Origin: Carcharhinus amblyrhynchos
Taxonomy: Eukaryota
Reading direction: 5' to 3'
Assembly (NCBI GenBank): GCA_965287045.1
Contig: OZ336875.1
Coordinates: 90,768,001-90,832,000, forward strand
Length of the DNA stretch: 64,000 nt
In this document: piece by piece, positions 52,607-64,000 of the stretch
Position numbering within the stretch: the stretch's first letter is position 1
How the letters are laid out: each line of letters opens with the position of its first letter
Program-made: the position numbers and the translations under genes
Notes under the pieces: model-generated
The model's input: the letters and a program-made list of their open reading frames with translations, nothing else
What the model was told of the DNA's origin: nothing
Databases searched by the model: none

Positions 52607-55600
52607 TGAAGAGTTGCTTCTGGATCACACACAGGGTGTTATGGGCAAAGCCTAGACCAGGAAAAGCTCCTCGGCCTATTATTGCATAAGTTCATTATGC
52701 CTCAGCACGAGACAGAATCCTGCGGCAAGTAGCACAGTCACTGCTCTGAGATACCAGGAAATAAGCTGTTGATATTTCCAGATTTTATCCTGATGGTGAC
52801 AAGGAGAAGGGCAGCCTTCGCTGATGTCAGACGACTTCTGCATGACTGCCCTGGGGTCAGGTATGGGCTTTGCTTTCCAGCCTGCTTGAGGATTACTCTC
52901 AACAATGGAACCGAGCACAAGTTCACAGATCCGGCTTCGGCAGTGAAATTTGTGGAGCAGACTTTTGAACCAGGTGATCGCACAAAGGATGTAAACTGAT
53001 ATTTGTTCTTTATGCATCTGCATGCTGAACCCAGCTGGAATTGTTGGCCAGGAAAGGGTAATGGTCTTGTGACTGTTAGGTTAAGTGTTAAGTGTTTGGT
53101 ATTTCTACAGACCTTTTCAGGTTATAGCACCTGTGACCGCGACGGGAATGGAGGTGGAAATTGTGTTCCATGCGGAGTGCTGCGATAAGAAGGCGTTGGC
53201 GGCACAGGCGCCCTGTTTGGGAAGGCGCGTGTGGGGCAGAGGGGGGATGCAGCGTTTGCAGGTTTGGTCTGTGTGGGTGTTTTTGTGTCTTTGCTATATC
53301 TTTTTTTTATCTATGGGTGTGGCTTGGCTTCTTTCAAGCCACCCTGTCTTTCTCATAGTTGGTTCCCTGTGGCCGGTGGGCCCTGGGGTATGGTGTCTGC
53401 CGATGTCAACGGTTGGGGGGAGACTCCCCAGTGAGAAGGGATACCAGGCTACTGTTAAGAATGTGGGATTTAAGAAAACCCTTATGCTCTGACTCTTGAG
53501 TGATCAAGTTCATTAGCTGGAATGTCAAAGCATTAAGTTATCCGGTTAAACGCCATAAAATATTTCAACATCTTTACAACTGGGTACCCAAATTGCATTC
53601 CTCCAAGAGACCCACCTCAGGCCAGTTGATTATTTTAGGCTCCGTAGAGCAGCTTAAATGCTTTCACTCAACTTTTCACAGTAAGGCATGGGGTGGGGGT
53701 GGGGGGCAATCTCCATCCACAAGTCCTTACCCTTGGTAATAGCCAATGTAACTTCTGACTCAATTGGCCGATACTTCATTGTCATAGGTAAATTAAATGG
53801 GATGCCCTGGTATTAGCCAATGTGCATGCCAAACTGGGACTGTGAAAACTGTTTCCAATCGTTTTTTGTGCTATTTCCAGATTTGAATCCACGTTGGTTG
53901 ATACTGGGTGGAGATTTCAACCGTTGGTCAAATCCTGCCCTGACTGTTCCTTCCCCAGGATCGCTGTTTCCTCCAAGTCAGCAGAAATTATTAAATCATT
54001 TCTCATGGAATATGCGGTGTCGGACCCATGGATGTTTCTTAAACCCACCAGTAGGGAATATTTAATTTTCACCTGCCCACCGAATGTATTCATGAATAGA
54101 TTACTTTTTGGTCGATAATAAGTTGCTCCCAGCTGTGTGCTTATGCTCCTATGAAACCATTGTAATCTCGGACCTTGCTCCCTTGATAATGGACTTGGTA
54201 GTGGGGAGGAGGGTGGGCCCCCGTTTGTCTTGGCAACTGAATACTTGTCTGCTCTCTGATGATGAATTTGTTAGATTTCTGTTAACCCAGATCAATGATT
54301 TCTTAGAGTTTAATGATGTCCCAGAGTCTCAGCAGCTACCTTATGGCAAACATTAAGGCTTATGTAAGGGGCCAGGCCACATCTTATTCAGCACATGAGG
54401 CGATGCAGAGGGGTAGGGGGTCATCGGAATTGCTGGGGCATTTCGCCATTGTTGATGCCACGTACGCTGGCGCCTGTCCCCAGAGTTCATAAGGAACATT
54501 TACTACTACAAATGGAGTTTGAGACCTTGTCCTAATGTCAAGTGGAAGAGATGCTATTCAAATCTAAGTATAGACACTATGAGCTTGGTGACAAGGCAAG
54601 TAAGCTACTCACTCATCAGCTGTGCCAATTCTCTGCCAGAAGTCTGATATCACAAATGCAGATTCCAAATGGAGTCTCTACTGATTCACAGCGAATAAAT
54701 AAACTGTTTAGAGATCTTTACTCAACCCTCTATAGCTTGGATACTACAGCCAATGAGGCGGACTTTCAGGACTTCTTTGGGGCACTGAATCTCCCCATGG
54801 TGATCAGGGGAGAGGCTGCGCCATTGGAGAAACCAATCGATGTTGAATAAATTGTTACGGCGGCCAGAACTATGCTGAGCGAGAAATGTCCGGGACCAGA
54901 TGGGTACCACATCGAATTCTACGAAAAATTTATGGATAAGTTGGCACCCCTGCTACTGCACATGATCAGTGAATCATATGAGAACTGTTCTCTCCCGCAG
55001 ACTTTGAGGCAAGCAACAATTTTGCTTTTCCTTAAAAAGAATAAGGACCTGCAAATCTGCAGCTCTTACAGACCGATCTCATTGCTGAATGTGGATCTCA
55101 AACTGATCTCTAAGATTCTGGCCATTAGCTTGGAGGACATTCTGCCCTCTATCATCTCACCTGACCAGACTGGATTCATTAAAAATAGACATATGTAATT
55201 GAATATTCGGCAGCGGTTTAACATTAGGTACGCGCCTGCCACTTCCAAGCTACCAGAGATGTTAATCTTGCTGGACGCTGAAAAAGCGTTTGATCAGGTG
55301 GAATGGGATTATTTATTTTATGCTCTCGGGAGGTTCAGGTTCGGGTTTGGCTCAAAACTCACCTCCTGGATCAAAATACTGTACTCTGCCCCTCTAACTT
55401 CAGTCCGAACAAACAATGTGCATTTAGCTTTTTTCCTTTGTCCCAGGGCACTAGGTAAGGATGCCCCCTCTGCCCCCCGTTACTTGCTATTGCTGTTGAA
55501 TCTCTTGTGGCTTTTCACAACAGCAAACCAGTGCTTGGATTGGTTGGGAGGGAATTGAGAGGAGAGTACTGCTGTACGCGGATGACCTACTACTGTATGT

Positions 55601-56057
55601 CAGCGGTCCATCCAACTCGATTCCCGAAGTCTTATCTATACTGGAGAGTTTTGGTCATATTGCGGGAAACAGGCTTAACTTGAATAAGAGTAAGCTCCTT
55701 CTTTTGAATGCAGTGGCTCGTAGCCTCCTGCTCCACACCCTGCCTTTCAAGATTGTCATGAGTCAGTTTACTTACTTGGGAGTGCAAGTGACTAGCAAAT
55801 TTAGTGGGCTCTTTGGAGCTAACTTTGCTCAACTCATGGGGCAGACGGAACAGGACCTCTGACATCGGTCCATTCTCCCGTTATTGTTAGCGGGCCATAT
55901 CGGTGCGGTGAAGATGAATATACTACCTGAGATTTTAAATCTCTTTCAGTGCATCCCAGTGTTCATCTCCAAATCCTTTTTTCATAAACTTGATTTCCAG
56001 GCTTTGGCTGGAGTAGGAAAAATCCAAGAATGCGGAGGACAGTCTTGCAAAGCCTTA

Positions 56058-57318
56058 AACCATAAGACCATAAGACATAGGAGCAGAATTAGGCCACTTG
56101 GCCCATTGAGCCTGTTCCACCATTCAATCATGGCTGATATTTTTCTCATCTCCATTCTCCTGCCTTTTCCCATAACCCCTGACCCCCTTATTAATCAAAA
56201 ACCTATCTATCTCTGTCTTAAAAACATTCAATGACCAGCCTTCTGCAACAAAGAGTTCCACAGATTCACCACTCTCTGGCTGAAAAAATTCCTTCTCATC
56301 TCTGTTTTAAAGGATCATCCCTTTAGCCTGAAGTTATGCCCTGTGATGCTACTTTTCCCTACTAGAGAAAACATCCTCTCCATGTCTGTTCTATCCAGGC
56401 CTCGCAGTATCCTGTAAGTTTCATCCTCCTAAATTCCAGTGAATATAGACCTAGAGTCCTCATCAGTTCCTCATACGACAAGCTCTTCATTCCAGGGATC
56501 GTTCTTGTGAACCTCCTCTGGATCCTTTCCAAGACTACCATATCCTTCCTTAGATATGGGGCCCAAAACTGCTCACAACGCTCCAAATGGGATCTGACCA
56601 GAGCTTTATACAGCTTCAGAAGTATATCCTTGCTCTTGTATTCTAGACCTGTCAACATGAATGCTGACAATGTATTTGCCTTCCTAACTGCTGATTGATC
56701 CTGCACATGAACCTTAAGAGAATCTTGAAGAATGACTCCCAAGTCCCTTTGTGTTTCTGATTTCCTAAGCATTTCCCCATTTAAAAAATTGTCTATGCCT
56801 CCATTCCTCCTTCCAAAGTGCATAACGTAACAATTTTTCAAATTGTATTCCATCTGTCACTTCTCTGCCCATTTTCCTAACCTGTCCGAGTCTTTCTTCA
56901 GCTCCCCTGCTTCCTTAATACTACCTGTCCGTTCTCATATCTTTGTATCATCTGCAAATGTAGCAACAGTGCCTGCAATTCCTTCCTCCAAATAGTTAAT
57001 GTATATTGTGAAAAGTTGTGGTCCCAGCACAGACCCCTGAGGCACACCACTAGTCACCAGTTGCTGTCCTGAAAAAGACCCCTTCATCCCCACTCTCTGC
57101 CTTCTGCCAGTCAGCTAATCCTTTATCCATGTCAGGATTTTACCCTTAACATCATGGGCACTTAACTTATTTAACAGTCTCCTATGCAGCATCTTGCCAA
57201 AGGCCTTCTGGAAATCTAAATAAATCACATCCACTGGTTCTCCTTTATTTAACTTCCTTGTTACCTCCTCGAAGAACTCTAATAGATTTGTCAGACATGA
57301 CTTCCCCTTGACAAAGCC
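56058..57318 (-). mobile_element. CR1 LINE (5'-truncated) inserted in L1 ORF2
   Basis: GFVKGKSCLTNLLEFFEEV, YLDFQKAF and LERIQRRFTR on the minus strand; reverse tail ccataagaccataagacatagg. Confidence 0.93.
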
Positions 57319-57709
57319 AGGACTTGTATGTGGACAGTGTGTTTGCATCATCCCAGCAGATGGTGGCTAAATTTGCTTTACCTGCAATGCACTTTTTAAG
57401 ATATTTTTTGAGACCTATACCCCCAATCTCCAATGCTCCCATCTCATGACTCCATTGACATCTTCTTAGAGCCTTCTATTACTATGTGTGGTATCATTTC
57501 TGTTCCTTATTCTCAAATTCTGTCCCAACAAAACTCTCTATCAGTGGTTAAACCTTTATAGGAACAAGATTTGGGGGAGGAGTTCTCAGAGGAGGATTGC
57601 GGCATGGTGCTGCATTGAGTACACTGCTCCTCAATATGCACCAAGCTGGGTGTGATACAATGTAAATTCCTTCACAGAGCATAACTAACAAGGGTTAGAC
57701 GCTCTAGAA

Positions 57710-57845
57710 CAGGGGTCTCCAAACTATGGCCTGCAGCAACTAAATTTTATGCATTCATTTATAAGACTAATTTTTTTTCTTTGGCCTGCGGAAATGTGTA
57801 AAATATACGATGTGGCCCTCGTACTGAAAAGTTTGGAGACCGCTG
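57710..57845. mobile_element. hAT (Charlie-like) MITE, 136 bp
   Basis: TIRs caggggtctccaaact / agtttggagaccgctg (15/16 match); perfect 8-bp TSD CTCTAGAA. Confidence 0.92.
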
Positions 57846-58814
57846 CTCTAGAATGTACCCAGGCACAAGGCCCATTTGTGAACGGTTCCACCCGTCACTC
57901 TCTTACGTTTGTTCTGGGCTTGGCCTTCACTGTATAACTACTGGACAGCAATATTGGAGACAATTGCGGCAACTCTAGATCGGGACATAAGTACATCCCC
58001 CTAGGTTGCCCTTTTTGAGGTAATGCCTTTAAATCTGTCGCTGCCGAAATCTCAAGTGGATTTTGTAGCTTTCAGTACACTCCTGGTATAATAATCCTGT
58101 TGAGATGGAAATCAAGTGCACCCCCGATGCACTTATAGTAGTTGAGGGAGGTGGTAGGCACCATTAAACTGGAGAAGATGAGGTGCACACTACATGGGTC
58201 CACTGCTATTTTCTATAAGACCTGGCAACCATTTATAGCACATGTTGGGAAACGGCAGTTGGAGCCAGGTGAGTAGATACTTGATGGCCATAGGACCCTG
58301 GGTGTCCCACAAAATCCCCCTCCCCTGATTGGTGGATAGGCCCTTGCCCTTTACCTGAGTACACCCGCCCATCCTGCCGAGGTGTGGGGACCAACATGAG
58401 AACTTTTCTCTTTTCTCTCTCACTCTCTTTCTTCTCTCTCCTTTGCTGTCTCTCTTTCTTTTCTCTGCTCACTAGTTTATAGCCTGGGCTGCTTGGGCGC
58501 TCAGTTGGTTCTCCAGCAGCGTTCCTTTTTGTTTTTATATCATTATTGTCATTACTGGTGCAATTAGATGGGACTTGGGCAGGGTGGATGCAGGGGTACC
58601 AGGGTTCCCTTGTCCACGGGGAGCCTGTGCCCAGTTGCATTGAATGTACACGTGAGCACTGTGTGGATCTGTATCTGTGTTTGTTTGTTATGTAAAATAT
58701 AAGAAAATTTTCAATAAACAGCAAAAAAAAGAAAATTCACAATGGTTTTGACCACTAATGAGAAATTATAATGTGTATGCATGGTATCAGGAAAGGCCTG
58801 AAAAAGGAAACATA

Positions 58815-59688
58815 GGGGGTGATTTGACCATTTTGATTCTAAGTACTGAATCTGGGCATAATTCAGATCCGACTTGGAAACCTGTTCTCAGCCGACCCCA
58901 TACGCACATAGCCTGAAAAAAATCGCGAGTCTGAATTTGAAAAACATTGCCCTGTCACATTGCTCCCTGGCCGCAAAAAGCGGATAAAGTGGCTCGGGAG
59001 CAATGACCTCCACAGACATTGCCCCGCCCTCACAACATCACCGTCCCCCTTATCCACCCATTCCCCCACTACCCAGACCGATCACAACCCCCTGCCCCCT
59101 TTCCCTCCACCGATCACCCGCAGAGAGGCAGTGGACCCGTTCTGCCCCTGCCGTCCCGCTTCCCCCACCAGACATCCATCTGGCCCACCTCTCCTTCCTC
59201 CTCCTCCTACCTCCACCAGAGAACGATGTGATTTCCCCCCCCAAACTAGAGAAGCATCTGGTCTTTCTGTCCCTCGCCCCCCATCACCATCAGAGAACGA
59301 TCTGGCCTTCCCTCCTCCCCCCCACCAGAGAATGATCTGGCCTGCCGTCCCCCTCCATCAATCTAAATTAGAAAGCTGTTGGAAGTTCTGAACTTACCTG
59401 TTCGGAAGCTGGAGCGCCCGAATGTCTGTTTCGCGCTGAATCTGGATGGGCGAATGCGATGCTAAAGGGGGAAATAAGATTGGGCAACCAGCTCATTAAG
59501 TTATTTTAAATGCATGCAAATGCATTTAAATTGATGTCATGCCCATTTCGAGTGCAGTTCCGATCGTGGCCATTTTTGGGCCTTGGTAAAATGGGAATCT
59601 GCGCAGGTGCAGATTGCGCTATTCGCCTCACGCTCGACTTTACCAAGTTTTCACGCCTGAAAATGAACACAATGGTTAAATCGGGCCC
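58815..59688. mobile_element. Harbinger-like MITE, same family as 34552-35915, inverted orientation
   Basis: Imperfect TIRs gggggtgatttgaccatt / aatggttaaatcgggccc; TSD ATA; both arms homologous to the reverse complement of the 34552 copy. Confidence 0.85.
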
Positions 59689-60697
59689 ATAGACTTCCCA
59701 TCTGTGCCAAAGTGAAGATAAGTTGGTCAGTTTGATCCTTGACAATATGAGTTACCCACTCAATATGGCTAATGACATGGCTATGTAGTTCTCATGGTTG
59801 TCCCCCCTTCCCCCCACCCAAAAAAACTCTCAACAAAGTGAACTGACGATAATAAATGTTCAAAAAATATGAGCACAGTAAAATACATTTTGCAATACAA
59901 TAGTTCCGATATTTGACCACTGGCACTGTTCTATAGTATACTAAAATGAGGGATTTGTGAATGCTGTGTGTTGCACAATATTAGCTTCACTGTGGTAAGC
60001 ATGGATTTATGAAAGATGAGCAGTAAAACACCATGAAGAAAAAGGAACAGGAGAAAGTGGAGGGTAATGATGAATTAACTGGAATAGGATAAACGTAGGG
60101 TTTGATTCAACCTTTTCTTCTTTAAGGTTGACGTTTATGCTTCCTTTGTCATTACTTTAAGGACCACTCCTCAACAGTGCTACTTTTTTTGGAACTATAC
60201 GTTACTGAAGTGCACAGATAGCTGAAGTTTAAGGTGATATGTTATGTCTGTTGAAAATAATAATGAGGATGTTTTGTACATTTAATGTGCTGTGCTACTG
60301 TGGCTATACCTTTTAATTTGGAAACATAGTATTTCTGCTCAGTTAAACGTATAAGTTGCAGTACTGAATACAATAGTTGTGGAGGCATCTCAGAAGATCT
60401 ACTGTGGACTTACTTTTGATTCAGCTGGTCCTGTTCTAATCTGTAGAGGACTCAGATGGTCCTGACCTAATATCTTTTTTATAGGTGGGAAACCTGGAGT
60501 GTAGATTATGAAATTGTGTAAAAATGTCTGTGTATTTTTTAAAGGTGATCTTTAAAATTAAGTTGAATCAAAATTATATTTAAATCAAAACATTTGGTTC
60601 TGATATCCTTGAGGGCTCACACTGCCCATCCTAACCCCAGTCCATAAAACCCATTCCAACTCCTTGCAAGATTGGTCACCTAATACTAGTAAACAAG

Positions 60698-61195
60698 TGG
60701 GATCTATCAGAAATTCTGAAAGGGATTCACTCACACCCAGCTTTCACCATCATAAGGGTATAAAGGAAGAGATTTTCCAGAGAAACCCGGGATGTCCCCT
60801 GATACCCTATAGGGAGGTAGAACATCAGTTGACTATAATTTAAAGGACCAGTCTAAATTGGCTGGAAGGTCAACAAAGTTAGGTCCACCCCAAATTCCAG
60901 TCTCATTCTCCCTCACTGTGGACAGGTCCAGGGGTTTTGGTGTTTTGCTATCTTCTAAGCTACTTTTTAGCATTGTTGTTACAGTAAATATTCATTTAAA
61001 CAAAAATCCTAAATTAAATTTGTCTTTGATGTACTCATCACACTTCTTCAATTAAGTCTCATTAACACATTTCAGAACTCATTCCCCTTTTGAAACTATT
61101 GGGATCTATCAGAAATTCTGAAAGGGATTCACTCACACCCAGCTTTCACCATCATAAGGGTATAAAGGAAGAGATTTTCCAGAGAAACCTGGGAT
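60698..61195 (+). repeat. 96-bp direct repeat (60698-60793 and 61100-61195), 1 mismatch
   Basis: tgggatctatcagaaattctgaaagggattcactcacacccagc...agagaaacc(c/t)gggat occurs twice, 402 bp apart. Confidence 0.95.
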
Positions 61196-61343
61196 ATTTT
61201 CAATTTGAAAATTTAATTTTGAAGAGTCAGACATGCAATTAACTAAGTTCAATTTTAAAATACAAGTTTACCCCTTTATGAATTATTCACTATTCACCAT
61301 TAATTTTGACATTTCAACCATTTATAATTGCCATATTCTCTGA

Positions 61344-61589
<246 letters not shown>

Positions 61590-61639
61590 TGAAGTGTTGT
61601 AATCTGGTTAGGGACCAGTGACTTTTTGTTTAAAGAAGA

Positions 61640-61980
61640 GAAATAGGAGCCGGAGTAGACTATATGGCCCATTAAGCCTGCTCCATGGTCAAAGCTGATC
61701 TTGGGCTTCAACTCTATTCACCCCACCCCCTTTTAATTTCCTAAGAGACCAAAAATCTGTCTATCCTAGCCTTAGGAGTATCCACAACTCACTGTGGTAT
61801 AGAAATATAAAGATTAACAAATCCTTAATTGAGTAATTTCTTCCCATCTCAGCCCTAAATGAACGGCCCCTTATCTTAACACCTTGCCCCCATGTTTTGG
61901 ACTCCCTGACCAACAGAAACAAACCTCTCACTGTTTATCCTATCAAGCCCCTTCAGAAGTTATAGGTTTCAATTAAGCTA
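61640..61980 (-). mobile_element. CR1 3' fragment (another at about 62970-63320)
   Basis: Reverse tail gaaataggagccggagtagac...ggcccattaagcctgctcc and degraded ORF2 end. Confidence 0.7.
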
Positions 61981-63747
61981 TCTTATCCTAAAAGCTTGAA
62001 ATCTCAGACAATCCCAGAGACAAAATTTGAAATCCCAGTTACCCACTGAGAATAAAGCCACAATGTCTGTCAGTTTTAAATGAAGAAAATAAAATTTAAT
62101 ATGCAACTTATATCTATCTTATCTCTAACATTCGGAATCAACATGAGGTAAATATAAATCACAGGCAAACTATGGTCGAACATACTAGATTGCATACTAA
62201 CTGGCAGGTGTGACCACACAGATCACAACCCACCAGATGACCACTGAAAATCCCAAAATTCTGTCTGTCTCACGAGGTATTTCAATTCTTTATCACCAAA
62301 GATTCAGACTGCAATTCTCCTGAATGAAATCTAAATGCTGTCACATTAAGAAAATTGGTGAGTTTCCCATTGGCACTGGCAGTGCGACGGATGTGGGATT
62401 CAACAACTTTAAAACTGTGAAAAATGCCCTAATGTGAATTACACTATGAAAAATGCATCGAGGGTCTGAGTGATCAGCTATTCAGCTGACATTCAAGAAC
62501 ATTTCCTACTTTTCCTTCTCTCTGAATAACTGATGGCAGAATAACTGAGTCTCACATTAACACAGGAAGCATTTCATGTTAGATCTTTTATGAGACCAAT
62601 CTTTTTGAGTTATATCTTAAATTTACCTCTGACGGTAGCAAGAATCCAGAATAATAATTGAAAACTGTAATTGAACTGCTTCCCAAAATTTAGTTCATCA
62701 CAAGACTAATTAAATGTTCCATGCAATGTCCATTTTAAAATATGTGATGTAACTGGATTAAACATGTAGTTTCCCCATGACAACAGCATCTTAATGATTC
62801 TAGTTTTCACATGTATGTGTCATAATATAATGAGGTGTAGTTCTGAAATATCTTGTGCAGGGGTATCAGGGTGGCACAGTACACTTTGTTTTTGAGCTTG
62901 TATACAATAAATCAGAGAGATACAGATTAGTGCATATAAAACCACACAGACTGGCTATAGATTTACAGAAAATAGCGGAGGAGACGGCCATTCAGCTTAT
63001 CAGATGTCCGTTGACTGTCAGTCTATGGCAGTGGTCTCATAGATCAAGGTACTTTTAATGGATAACCATGTGCTCCATGTTTTAAAGTAGGTTCTGCCTG
63101 TACCTACTTTGTCCACCTTTATTCCATCTCTGATAAAATACTTATCCCTCAACTCCTCTTATCATTTTTAATCTGTGCCCCTTGTTGACTCCTCTGCTGA
63201 AAGAAATAGATCCGTCCATTTTCACTCTGTCAAGGTCCCCTCATTATTTTATGTATTTAAATCTTCCCTCGACTTTCTCTATGTCAAAGATAAAAACCCA
63301 GACTATCCAATCTTAAAACCTGACAGGGTTTAAAAAAAACAGTAAGTGAAAAAAATGGTAATGGAAAGCCTATGGGTTTAGTGAGAAGCTTTGCAGTCGA
63401 TAAAAAAAACAATGGGGAAGAAACCATTTTAGAAAGCAAATCTGCTTTCTACGATGGATCAGAGACTTGAAAAAAAATACAATGTTAACAAAATGGGTCT
63501 AGACAGCGCTGGTATGGTGAAAAAAGGAAGTACTCAAGCTTAATGGAGCGTGAACTGATCGCACCAACAATGAATTGTTTGACCTGCCCTGGAGCTGTCA
63601 ATCAGAAAAATCTTTAGCAGCTCATGGACCATCAGTTTCTTGTGTATCATCTTTGCTAATCCTCTCTTTGATCTGCCCTGGAGCTGTCAATCAAAGCAGC
63701 TCTAAGAGGGTACAGAGCTGTTGGGGCTCATTGTTATGTTCAGTTAA

Positions 63748-64000
63748 ATTTTATTTATTAGTCACAAATTAGGCTTACATTAACAATGCAATGAAGTTAC
63801 TGTGAAATTCCCCTAGTTGCCACACTTTGGCACATGTTCAAGTTAATGCACATAACCAGCGCATCTTTCAGACTGTGGGAGGAAACCAGAGCACTCGGTA
63901 GAAACCCACACAACATGGGGAGAATGTGCAAATTCAAGCTGGAAATTGAACCCGAGTCCCTGGCGCTGTAATGCAACAGTGCGAACCACTGTGCTACCGT
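63748..64000 (-). mobile_element. V-SINE with a non-CR1 tail (head reaches the window edge)
   Basis: Minus-strand acggtagcacagtggttcgcactgttgc...gggttcaattt head, V-domain tttgcacattctccccatg...ggtttcctcccacag, tail ending gtgactaataaataaa. Confidence 0.88.

Larger units (their letters stand above)
51035..58735 (+). mobile_element. Near full-length degraded L1-clade LINE (ORF1, ORF2, 3' UTR, poly-A) with three nested insertions
   Basis: ORF1: RQNNIHLIGFPEGIEG, IFPDF...RRAAF...YGLCFPACLRIT. ORF2: FISWNVKAL, ILGGDFN, CPGPDGY, SYRPISLLNVDLK, DQTGF, LDAEKAFD, LLYADDLL. AATAAA at 58713-58718 followed by an A tail. Confidence 0.9.

Overview
Eukaryotic (vertebrate) genomic DNA, most likely from a shark: it carries HE1/V-SINEs, Deu-SINEs and abundant CR1 LINEs. 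The only host gene I can support is the L-type calcium channel alpha-1C subunit (CACNA1C / Cav1.2) on the + strand. It is represented by three internal coding exons (6107-6246, 33863-34002, 61372-61524) that encode domain I S2-S5 including the S4 voltage sensor, separated by introns of about 27.6 kb and 27.4 kb. Most of the rest is intronic transposon debris: young and old CR1 copies, an RTE LINE, a near full-length sense L1-like LINE with three nested insertions, a Penelope fragment interrupted by a Gypsy relic, Harbinger relics and MITEs, hAT MITEs and SINEs. Nearly all short ORFs in the track are TE fragments or spurious. I found no well-supported novel biological system. The best leads are an in-frame tandem splice donor that would toggle an N-glycosylation sequon in Cav1.2, a young CR1 whose 3' UTR appears to contain a captured V-SINE, hammerhead-ribozyme-like relics, and an inverted MITE pair bracketing an intron. 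Family assignments and exon numbers come from recalled motifs, not database searches, and boundaries of old repeats are approximate.
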